Under the pieces are notes generated by a model, which ran no database searches, had not been told where the DNA came from, and saw nothing but the letters and a program-made list of their open reading frames with translations. Shown piece by piece: positions 38,808-46,409 of a stretch of 64,000 nt of DNA. The translations under genes and the position numbers were made by a program. The first letter of the stretch is position 1. Each line of letters begins with the position of its first letter. Source of the DNA: an uncultured Pseudomonadales bacterium (GTDB taxonomy: Bacteria > Patescibacteriota > Microgenomatia > UBA1400 > UBA12028); NCBI GenBank assembly GCA_964509365.1, contig CAZDWN010000001.1:150966-214965 (forward strand), written 5' to 3'.

Positions 38808-39676
38808 AGCTCGTTGACCCAAGTCTTTACTTGCGAGCCGTACTTTTCACTTTCAATGACGAACTTCAAGTGTGCGTGGAAGTAATTCTCTGGGTCTCCA
38901 GTGGTCATCCACTCCCCTTGCGTCTTCCCTACTACTATTCGGGATGTCTTCGCTACCTGAGTGATCGCATCCACCGTCCAGAGTTCTCCGTCTTTGCCAG
39001 TCTTGGTAGGATCGAGGAACTCAAAGATTGAAGGCTTGAGCAAATAGCGACCATAGGAGGCAAGTGTCGAGGGTGCGGTGCCGACGGCTGGCTTCTCAAT
39101 GATATTGTCGAGCTCATCACTCGTACCTGCTTTCATCGAAATGATTCCATATTTATCGACGACGCTTGGATCGACTTCTTGTGACATGACGATACCTGCG
39201 ACACTCGGATCCTGTTCATAGAGATCGACCATCACTTTCGCGTCACCGGTTTGGCCAAAGACGATGTCATCACTATAGAGGACAAGAAACGCTTCTTCAG
39301 CTTCGACAAATTTTTGAGCGGAGGCGACTGGAGATCCATTTCCGTAGGGAAGTGACGGATCTTGTTCGATGACACTGATCTTCGGAAAATCCAGCACGTG
39401 CTGCACTGGTTCATATCGATCTTCTTTCCCTTGTGAGGAGAGCTGTTTGCGGATGCGATTGACGTTGTTATTAAAGTAGTCAGTATAGATAGGGCGCCCC
39501 TCAGGAGTGGCGACGATGATGATTTCTTCGATTCCTGCCTGGACACATTCTTCGACTACAAATTGCATCAGAGGTCTATTTCCAAATGGCAACATGCCCT
39601 TTGGGATAGTCTTTGCGATTGGCAAATAGCGGCTGGCGAAGCCGGCGTCGGTGATGATGGCTTTTTTGATACTCAT
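38804..39676 (-). CDS. galU: UTP--glucose-1-phosphate uridylyltransferase-like sugar nucleotidyltransferase.
   Basis: N-terminus KKAIITDAGFASRYLPIAKTIPKGMLPF matches the GalU signature (A.IP.AG.GTR.LP.TK..PKEMLP). It is collinear with the E. coli GalU domain order. Confidence 0.75.
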   Translation of the reverse strand: MSIKKAIITDAGFASRYLPIAKTIPKGMLPFGNRPLMQFVVEECVQAGIEEIIIVATPEGRPIYTDYFNNNVNRIRKQLSSQGKEDRYEPVQHVLDFPKISVIEQDPSLPYGNGSPVASAQKFVEAEEAFLVLYSDDIVFGQTGDAKVMVDLYEQDPSVAGIVMSQEVDPSVVDKYGIISMKAGTSDELDNIIEKPAVGTAPSTLASYGRYLLKPSIFEFLDPTKTGKDGELWTVDAITQVAKTSRIVVGKTQGEWMTTGDPENYFHAHLKFVIESEKYGSQVKTWVNEL

Positions 39677-39771
39677 AGGGATACTACTATATACTATTCA
39701 TGCAAATCAGTCAGCCCGAAAGGCTATCATGCCCCTTGCAATGAATACAGATTTCTTGCTACGCTCATATC

Positions 39772-40827
39772 ATGGATAAACGGATCATCCTTATTCTTGT
39801 CATTGTCATCGTCGTCATCGCTGGAGTCGGCGGGGCGCTCTTTTTCCTGACCAAGCAGCCAACGACCATCGTCACCCCGACTGTCGCACCAGTAGCGACG
39901 CCAGTCTCTGGAGCTCAAGCAGGTGGGACGACACTGACCGCAAGTAGCCAAGCTCCACTGACTGCTGGGCAACCAGGCAGTATTGATGTGTATATCGATA
40001 CCAAAGGCGTCAAAGTCGATGGTTTTCAGTTCATTGCAACACTTGCCGGTTCTTCGCTTCCGACTGTACCTGACAGTGACTCCGCTACCGACGGTATTCA
40101 AATTCAACCAGCGATCCTTTCATCACTTGCAGTTTCCACAAATAGCGTCACGTCTCAAGATGGCACGTTTATCATTCGCTACGCCATGATCGCTCAAGAC
40201 AGTGTGGCAGGATTCTCGACCGACAGTCCGACAAAAATCGCTAGTATTCCTGTTTCTACAGGTACCGGTGGCAAAGTAACGTTGGCATTTAACCAACAAA
40301 ACTCAAGAGTTCGTCTCACATCGGGTGGGGATGACGCGTTGATGGGCGTGACCGATGCATCGGTCGATGTGATCGCGTCCACCGCGACGAATGCTTCAGG
40401 GTCAGGCAGTCTCGCTTCGACGGCGACGTCATCAGCGACGACCACGACTTCGGCAGCGACCTCACAATTCTGTCTTGCTTCCTGTTTCACAGATAGTGAC
40501 TGCGCGGCAGGATTCGTCTGCGAGACCGATCGATGTGTCAATCCAGCGTGCCCGACTTCCCAGACTTGCGGATGTGGCGCGACTGCAGGGGCTACACCAG
40601 TAGCGACGACGCGTCCAGTATCGATTGCGACACCGATTGCAGTAGCGGCACCGACTCCGCTCATGACTCCTGTTGCCACACCGGTGGAGGATTCCACCAT
40701 CGTCAAAGCCAGTTCTTCCGGTCAATTGCCATCTTCTGGGTCATTTGAATATACGTTATTGACCTTAGGAGCAGGACTCTTGCTCGTTGGTGGCGGTGTA
40801 TTCCTGACCGCGAAACAGGAAGCCTAA
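39772..40827 (+). CDS. Cell-surface protein: N-terminal TM/signal anchor, Thr/Ser/Ala-rich region, a Cys-rich module and a C-terminal sortase-like sorting signal.
   Basis: The C-terminus is LPSSG, then a hydrophobic stretch (TLLTLGAGLLLVGGGVFL), then a charged tail (TAKQEA), resembling an LPXTG-type cell-wall sorting signal. The Cys-rich segment is CLASCFTDSDCAAGFVCETDRCVNPACPTSQTCGCG. Confidence 0.5.
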   Translation: MDKRIILILVIVIVVIAGVGGALFFLTKQPTTIVTPTVAPVATPVSGAQAGGTTLTASSQAPLTAGQPGSIDVYIDTKGVKVDGFQFIATLAGSSLPTVPDSDSATDGIQIQPAILSSLAVSTNSVTSQDGTFIIRYAMIAQDSVAGFSTDSPTKIASIPVSTGTGGKVTLAFNQQNSRVRLTSGGDDALMGVTDASVDVIASTATNASGSGSLASTATSSATTTTSAATSQFCLASCFTDSDCAAGFVCETDRCVNPACPTSQTCGCGATAGATPVATTRPVSIATPIAVAAPTPLMTPVATPVEDSTIVKASSSGQLPSSGSFEYTLLTLGAGLLLVGGGVFLTAKQEA

Positions 40828-40857
40828 AGCGGAGTAGTGTGATACAATACCCCAATC

Positions 40858-41079
40858 ATGAATCCCTTGTCTGCAATCGGTAGAGTGGCTTTGTATCCTG
40901 TACGATTCCTCCGGGAAGTCGGTCAGGAACTCAAAAATGTGACTTGGCCTACTCGACAAGAGACTCTGCGATCGACGATCATCGTCATCGCCATCAGTGT
41001 CGGGGTCGGACTCTACATTGCAAGCTTGGATTTTGGTTTTACAAAATTATTTGGATTAGTACTAGCCGCCAAACAGTAG
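40858..41079 (+). CDS. secE: Preprotein translocase subunit SecE.
   Basis: A ~70-aa protein with a single C-terminal TM helix and a conserved amphipathic N-terminal region. It lies immediately upstream of nusG, as is universally the case. Confidence 0.75.
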   Translation: MNPLSAIGRVALYPVRFLREVGQELKNVTWPTRQETLRSTIIVIAISVGVGLYIASLDFGFTKLFGLVLAAKQ

Positions 41080-41086
41080 TCGCTAG

Positions 41087-41713
41087 TTGCACTTTATGTC
41101 AGATTCTACCGCCATTCCAGAAGTACCAGAGACACAAGAAGTGATCACCAGTACGCCAAATCATATCATCGTCACCTTATCAGAAGACAAGCGAGCCCGA
41201 TGGTACGTGGTGCACACCTACTCAGGACATGAGAACAAAGTCGCCGAGACTCTCAAGCAACGTGCCGAGACCATGGGTCAGATCGATAAGATCCTCGAGA
41301 TGTTGATCCCGACACAAGAAAAAATTCAGATCAAACGTGGCAAAAAGCAAACTGTCCGCGAAAAGATTTTCCCAGGGTACATGCTTCTCAAGATGATCCT
41401 CACTGACGAGTCGTGGCTGTTGGTGCGTACGACTCAAGGGATCACCGGTTTCGTCGGTATGGGCAATAAGCCAACACCAATCTCACAAAAAGAAGTGCAA
41501 GCGATCCAGAAGTACATGAGCCAAGGTGCACCAACATATAAAGCGAACTTTGAGACTGGTGAAGCTGTCAAGATCGTCGAAGGTCCATTTGCAGACTTTA
41601 TTGGTACTGTCGATGGCATCAACGAGCCAAAGGGCAAAGTCACTGTCTTGGTCAGTATTTTCGGTCGCGAGACCCCAGTGGAGCTCGATTTCCTCCAAGT
41701 TACCAAACTCTAG
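41087..41713 (+). CDS. nusG: Transcription termination/antitermination factor NusG.
   Basis: NGN domain (RWYVVHTYSGHENKV...KIFPGYMLLKM) and C-terminal KOW (GEAVKIVEGPFADFIGTV). Confidence 0.85.
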   Translation: MHFMSDSTAIPEVPETQEVITSTPNHIIVTLSEDKRARWYVVHTYSGHENKVAETLKQRAETMGQIDKILEMLIPTQEKIQIKRGKKQTVREKIFPGYMLLKMILTDESWLLVRTTQGITGFVGMGNKPTPISQKEVQAIQKYMSQGAPTYKANFETGEAVKIVEGPFADFIGTVDGINEPKGKVTVLVSIFGRETPVELDFLQVTKL

Positions 41714-41722
41714 AGGATATCG

Positions 41723-41731
41723 TGGTATAAT
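41723..41731 (+). promoter_or_regulatory. Extended -10 promoter element (TGGTATAAT) for the rplK-rplA operon.
   Basis: TGn-TATAAT followed by TGGAT. The same TATAATTGGAT context precedes rplJ at 43233-43245. Confidence 0.5.
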
Positions 41732-41875
41732 TGGATCCTACCCACACCTCGGGGTAGTAAAAACAACTGAGGCAGTACTGCCGAAAGGTGGGACGCAAAA
41801 GAGCTTCTACTTGTCTGAAAAGACATTTTCTTTCGTCCAACTTTCCGCAATAAATGAAAACAGAAAACTGTCCCT

Positions 41876-41917
41876 CGTCCGTCAGCTGACGGATCGGGAT
41901 GACAATATAAAGGAAGC
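41876..41917 (+). promoter_or_regulatory. rplK leader element: the 16-bp perfect palindrome TCCGTCAGCTGACGGA followed by an ATAAAGGA(A) SD-like box.
   Basis: Near-identical to the rplA leader element at 42398-42440. Confidence 0.55.
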
Positions 41918-41961
41918 ACTGTACTAACAGCTAAAAGCTGAAAGCTACAAGCTAATACACT

Positions 41962-42384
41962 ATGGCGAAAAAGATCAAAGTTGTCTTTAAACTCAACCTC
42001 TCAGGCGGCGCTGCCAACCCAGCACCTCCAGTCGGTCCTATCTTGGGTCAACATGGTGTCAACATCATGGAGTTTTGTAAAGCCTACAACGCTCAGACAC
42101 AAGACAAAAAAGGCCAGACTATCCCTGCAGAAGTCACTGTCTTTGAAGACAGATCATTTACCTTTGTATTAAAACTCCCTCCAGTGTCGGCTATGATCAA
42201 ACAGGCACTCAACCTGAAATCTGGTGCCAAGACCCCGAGTAAAGAAGTCGTCGGTACTCTCTCAAAGACGCAAGTCAAAGAAATCGCCGAAAAGAAAATG
42301 GCTGATATGAATACGACATCACTTGACCAAGCAATGAGCATGGTCGAGGGTACCGCTCGAAGTATGGGAGTCACAATCGCATAA
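41962..42384 (+). CDS. rplK: 50S ribosomal protein L11.
   Basis: [37 protein letters not shown] is the L11 N-terminal signature. Confidence 0.9.
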   Translation: MAKKIKVVFKLNLSGGAANPAPPVGPILGQHGVNIMEFCKAYNAQTQDKKGQTIPAEVTVFEDRSFTFVLKLPPVSAMIKQALNLKSGAKTPSKEVVGTLSKTQVKEIAEKKMADMNTTSLDQAMSMVEGTARSMGVTIA

Positions 42385-42397
42385 TGTAGTGTAGGGG

Positions 42398-42440
42398 CGT
42401 CCGTCAGCTGACGGATCACGCCCATCTAGAGATAAAGGAA
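42398..42440 (+). promoter_or_regulatory. rplA leader element: the palindrome TCCGTCAGCTGACGGA followed by ATAAAGGAA.
   Basis: Second copy of the element found upstream of rplK. Confidence 0.55.
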
Positions 42441-42443
42441 TTT

Positions 42444-43226
42444 ATGGCAAAATCAAAATACAAAGTAAAAGCAATGGAAGAACTTCCAACTGAGGAACAG
42501 TTGGCGATGGAAAAAGCATCCAATCAAAAATTTGATATGGATGAGAACTTCGGTGAAGCGTCTGTCGATGCTGTAGAAACAACTGAGATTGAACCCGTCG
42601 CCGAAGAGGTAGTTGCCGAGACCAAACCTGCAAAGGTCGCTGGCTTCCGCAGTAACCGCTACAAACAAGCAAAGAGCCATATTGATCGAACCAAGACCTA
42701 TTCTTTATCGGAAGCGATCAAACTTCTCAAATCGACTGCAACTGCAAAATTTGACGAGAGTGTCGAGGTGCATTTGGTCAGTAAAGAGTCATTGGGCACC
42801 ATTGAAGTCGCGTATCCACACAGCACCGGAAAAGTAGTCAAAGTGGCAATCCTGAATGAGGATGTCATAGACCAACTGAACAAAGGCGTGACGGATTTTG
42901 ACGTTTTGGTGGCATCACCAGCCGACATGAAGAACCTCACTAAATTTGCTCGATTGCTCGGTCCAAAAGGCCTGATGCCAAATCCAAAGAACGGGACTTT
43001 GGTCGCAGATCCAGCGAAACGAGCGAAAGAATTGACTTCCGGTAAGACAAGTGTGCGCAGTGAAAAGAAAGCCCCGTTGGTCCACACGACCGTGGGTAAG
43101 ATTTCAATGGATGCGGATGCCCTGGAAGGCAACATCAAGGCCCTCCTCAATGCCGCTGGTCAAGGTAAAGTTCTCAAGGCCGTCATCTGCACATCGATGA
43201 GCCCAGGCGTGAAGATCGCCCTGTAA
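42444..43226 (+). CDS. rplA: 50S ribosomal protein L1 with an acidic N-terminal extension of about 60 aa.
   Basis: The core from about residue 70 onward (KTYSLSEAIKLLKSTATAKFDESVEVHL...) is L1-like. The N-terminal 60 residues are an E/A/V-rich extension. Confidence 0.8.
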   Translation: MAKSKYKVKAMEELPTEEQLAMEKASNQKFDMDENFGEASVDAVETTEIEPVAEEVVAETKPAKVAGFRSNRYKQAKSHIDRTKTYSLSEAIKLLKSTATAKFDESVEVHLVSKESLGTIEVAYPHSTGKVVKVAILNEDVIDQLNKGVTDFDVLVASPADMKNLTKFARLLGPKGLMPNPKNGTLVADPAKRAKELTSGKTSVRSEKKAPLVHTTVGKISMDADALEGNIKALLNAAGQGKVLKAVICTSMSPGVKIAL

Positions 43227-43232
43227 TCAGTG

Positions 43233-43241
43233 TGATATAAT
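43233..43241 (+). promoter_or_regulatory. Extended -10 promoter element (TGATATAAT) for rplJ-rplL.
   Basis: TGnTATAAT followed by TGGAT, the same context as the rplK promoter. Confidence 0.5.
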
Positions 43242-43255
43242 TGGATACAAGTAAA

Positions 43256-43280
43256 GTACAAGCATGTAAACTGCTTGTAC
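43256..43280. repeat. Conserved 25-nt hairpin (family C), copy c, in the rplJ leader.
   Basis: GTACAAGCA-tgtaaac-TGCTTGTAC. Confidence 0.6.
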
Positions 43281-43360
43281 TAAAGATTCCAAAGACAAGA
43301 GGCATCAATGTAAGACCTCTCGAGGAAAGCTGGTTCAAATATTGATTTGATACTCGTAGA

Positions 43361-43390
43361 CCTCGTTTTGGAAACAAAACGAGGTTTTTT
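43361..43390 (+). terminator. Intrinsic terminator or attenuator in the rplJ leader.
   Basis: CCTCGTTTTG-gaaa-CAAAACGAGG perfect 10-bp stem followed by TTTTTT. It lies between the promoter and the rplJ start, consistent with an L10 autoregulatory leader. Confidence 0.75.
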
Positions 43391-43433
43391 AAAACTTAAA
43401 ATACTAAAAAAGGAATGGAGGTGAATACAATCT

Positions 43434-43943
43434 ATGCCAAACACAAAAAATACAAGTGTATTGGAAGACCTGACTCAGCGAGCTGCTCGCGCAAAGTCTA
43501 TTCTCGTCGCGACATATGCTGGACTCAACAGTAAACAGCAAGTTGCACTCCGTCAGGAGTTGAAAAAAGTCGGTGGAGAGATGCTCGTTGCAAAGAACAC
43601 ATTAGTTGCTCGTGTCATCAATAATGACAAGGTAACTCCGCATTTAAATGGTCAGAACGGCGTCATCTTTTCATATGAGGATGAAGTAAATGCACTCAAA
43701 TCGTTGGTAGCGTTTACCAAAGGGGCAGATGCCCTCAAACTCCGAGTTGGAGTGATCGCAGGCAACGTATATGAGGAGAAATCATTGATCGAATTGAGTA
43801 AGCTACCAGGCAAGCTGGAGCTCATTGCTCAATTGCTCAATCGCATGAATACACCAGCCTCAAAATTGGTTGGAGTGCTCACTGCTGGTCCAAGAAATTT
43901 GGTTTATGTTCTGGACGCAATAGCGAAGAAAAAACAAGCGTAG
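43434..43943 (+). CDS. rplJ: 50S ribosomal protein L10.
   Basis: Typical L10 N-terminus (K...LEDLTQRAARAKSILVATYAGLNSKQQVALRQELKKVGGEMLVAKNTL). Confidence 0.85.
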   Translation: MPNTKNTSVLEDLTQRAARAKSILVATYAGLNSKQQVALRQELKKVGGEMLVAKNTLVARVINNDKVTPHLNGQNGVIFSYEDEVNALKSLVAFTKGADALKLRVGVIAGNVYEEKSLIELSKLPGKLELIAQLLNRMNTPASKLVGVLTAGPRNLVYVLDAIAKKKQA

Positions 43944-44049
43944 CGAGAACATGTTATGTACTCAATAATGAGTCACAAAATAGTAATCAATATATAAAAG
44001 GAAGCATTTTGGCTAAAAGCTACGAGCTCTACGCTAAAAGCTAGTAAAT

Positions 44050-44421
44050 ATGGCAGATATTCAAAAAATGATGGAAGAGATCGAAAAGATGTCTCTTCTC
44101 GAAGTATCGGAACTCGTCAAAGCTTTGGAAGAGAAGTTTGGAGTAAGTGCAAGTGCACCTATGATGGCAGCAGCTCCAGCAGCAGCAGCCGCACCAGCCG
44201 AAGAAAAGACTGAGTTCACAGTTGTGATCACAGCCGCTGGTGACAAAAAGCTCGAAGTGATCAAAGCAATTCGCTTGATCAAGCCAGAGCTTGGACTTGG
44301 TGAAGCCAAGGCCGCTTCAGAAAAACTTCCATACACGATCGCTGAGAACGTGAAGAAAGAGGTTGCTGAAGACGCAAAAGCAAAACTCACAGCTGCAGGC
44401 GCAACTGTTGAGTTGAAATAA
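44050..44421 (+). CDS. rplL: 50S ribosomal protein L7/L12.
   Basis: N-terminal dimerisation helix, an Ala/Pro-rich hinge ([14 protein letters not shown]) and the C-terminal domain ([22 protein letters not shown]). Confidence 0.9.
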   Translation: MADIQKMMEEIEKMSLLEVSELVKALEEKFGVSASAPMMAAAPAAAAAPAEEKTEFTVVITAAGDKKLEVIKAIRLIKPELGLGEAKAASEKLPYTIAENVKKEVAEDAKAKLTAAGATVELK

Positions 44422-44599
44422 TTTTTCGCCAACGAAATACAATTAAAAACGGCTCGTAGCAATACGGGTCGTTTTTGGATATGTACGGGCTGATTCACGT
44501 GTCAGCCCAAAGGGCCAAATATACGTCTCACTGAAAACAAAGCCGATTTTGAGGCTGTAAAACAGGGCGATTTTGAGATGCAATTTCAAAATTCTTGTT

Positions 44600-44658
44600 T
44601 GTCATCCTGAGTATTCAAGTCGTCGATGAGACGACATGAAGATCGAAGGGCAGTTTTC
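44600..44658. repeat. Intergenic repeat family B, copy 2, within a ~440-bp highly structured non-coding region after rplL.
   Basis: It shares its termini (TGTCATCCTGAG...TTCAAGT and TCGAAGG..AGTTTTC) with 23049..23100 and has an internal hairpin (TTCAAGTCGTC-gatga-GACGACATGAA). It is flanked by more hairpins (GGGCTGA-ttcacgt-GTCAGCCC at ~44487-44508; GCCATGAC-taatc-GTCATGGC at ~44691-44711). Confidence 0.6.
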
Positions 44659-44873
44659 TTTTTCAATGAATTCTCTGAAAACTATCTTTCGACCGCCATG
44701 ACTAATCGTCATGGCCGCTCAAGATGACAATCAAACGCACGATTAAAGCCGAACATAACACTAACGCATTTCACAGCGGAAAAAGTTTTACAAAGTTATC
44801 CACATAAATTGCATCGAACTCTCATTGTGTTTATTGTGCGACATGCACAATCTTCATTCCTACTTGATACCGT

Positions 44874-45206
44874 TTGATACTTCATGGTAGTTTGATATCT
44901 AGTATGACTACTACAGCAAAAGGAGGCAGCATGCCTGGGAGAACTTCGAAGCCAATTGACGATGACGTGAATGAGAATCATTCTCCACTGAGGACCCCTG
45001 CTCCAAAAAGAAAGCTCGATTTAAAGGACTTGCCAGATTTGTTGACGATCAAGGAAGTCAGTGAAATCTTGCGAGTGTCTCCACTTACATTAAAGCGCTG
45101 GGGTAAACGTGGTAAATTGCCTGCAATCCGCATCAATTCTCGAGGTGATAGACGCTATAAAAAGGAATCCATTTTGTGGGTGCTGGGCATGACTGTTGAA
45201 GAATAA
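44874..45206 (+). CDS. Excisionase/MerR-like helix-turn-helix DNA-binding protein (start likely internal).
   Basis: LLTIKEVSEILRVSPLTLKRWGKRGKLPAIRI is typical of Xis/HTH_17-type DNA-binding domains. Confidence 0.5.
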   Translation: MILHGSLISSMTTTAKGGSMPGRTSKPIDDDVNENHSPLRTPAPKRKLDLKDLPDLLTIKEVSEILRVSPLTLKRWGKRGKLPAIRINSRGDRRYKKESILWVLGMTVEE

Positions 45207-45208
45207 GG

Positions 45209-45973
45209 TCAGTCGTACTTTCCAAGGAGTACATCAAGAAAGAACTTCCCTCCTCGCAACTGTCTTCCGAGTCTCCACGGCTCGAGGATGAGACGTTGCA
45301 ACCATTCTAGATGAAGTCGCTCGACGATCACAGGTACTTTCACTACATTTCCTGCCTCGTATTCAAATGAGCCGCCGACTACCATCGCAATTTTCACTCC
45401 ACATTGCTGGAGTACCTCTCGATGATCGACAATCCACTGCTCCTGAGAAGGCGCGCCGTACGCTACAAATAGGAGGTCTGGCTTTCGCTCGCTTATTTTC
45501 TTGAGTACTTCACCTGTGTTTTCTTTCGGACCATCATCAAATCCTATCTGGCATGTCTCATTGGATCTCTGGCAGTGAGCAGCGATCATCGCAGCGGCAC
45601 CAGGCTTGCCTCCTAGGAGAAATACTTTGTAGTGTTTGCGGATAGCCAACTCAAGCAACTCATGGAAGACTTCCCTCCCCGTAATTCTCTGTAGTCTGTT
45701 ATCTCTAGTCTGTTGTCTATTCACTGCCCAGACTAAGCCAGATCCGTCAGGGAGCAGAATATCACTAGACTTGAGGTGGTCATAAAAAGTCGTATCGTGA
45801 GAAGCTCGCACGAGTTGCTCTGGATTAGGAGTACAGATCGTGACGGGAGTAGACTCTACTTGAGTATTTCCCTCGAGTACTTGATTGAGCAATTTCAGCA
45901 GCGACGACCTGTCACCGCCATACAGAGAAAGGCCATAGAATTGTTTGGTTGGTAGAACTAAAGTGTTTTTCAT
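45209..45973 (-). CDS. WecB/TagA/CpsF-family glycosyltransferase.
   Basis: Family order and motifs: N-terminal LVLPTKQFYGLSLYGG, central KVFLLGGKPG, C-terminal LLFVAYGAPSQE...VGGSFE. Confidence 0.7.
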   Translation of the reverse strand: MKNTLVLPTKQFYGLSLYGGDRSSLLKLLNQVLEGNTQVESTPVTICTPNPEQLVRASHDTTFYDHLKSSDILLPDGSGLVWAVNRQQTRDNRLQRITGREVFHELLELAIRKHYKVFLLGGKPGAAAMIAAHCQRSNETCQIGFDDGPKENTGEVLKKISERKPDLLFVAYGAPSQEQWIVDHREVLQQCGVKIAMVVGGSFEYEAGNVVKVPVIVERLHLEWLQRLILEPWRLGRQLRGGKFFLDVLLGKYD

Positions 45974-46409
45974 ACCCCCACCTTTCAGTACTCAATATCC
46001 CGTACACAAGACGAATATTTTCGACTCCGATTGACTTTCAATTCCGCTAGGCACCAATATCACATCAATTTATTATTATAAGACTTTTTAATACCAACTC
46101 TTGTAGCGAACGTTTAGCGAATATGAGCGCTTTTGACAATTGTCTTATAAGAAAATGCGATCTCATACACTATAGGTCATCCATTCGTTCATTCTGACCA
46201 TATGTAGAGATTTCACCGCATTTTGATTATCGGACTTATACACCAGTATTGATCACTTTTATTTTCTCAAGTTACTTTCGAAAACTACTTTTCTCGTACT
46301 TTACCTAAGTAGCTGAGCTATTGTGTGATTACATCTCCATTTTCTTTTTGCTCACCTTTACTCCACAGAGACCTAGAACCCTTTCTTGAGTGTCCATTTG
46401 ATTCGCCTT

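Noticed and set aside
44436-44470. Strong intrinsic terminator immediately after rplL
   Set aside because: Only an AT-closed, imperfect hairpin (AAAAACG...CGTTTTT with an inner CGTA/TACG) is present. It is too weak to call confidently, so it is mentioned only within the finding on the post-rplL region.
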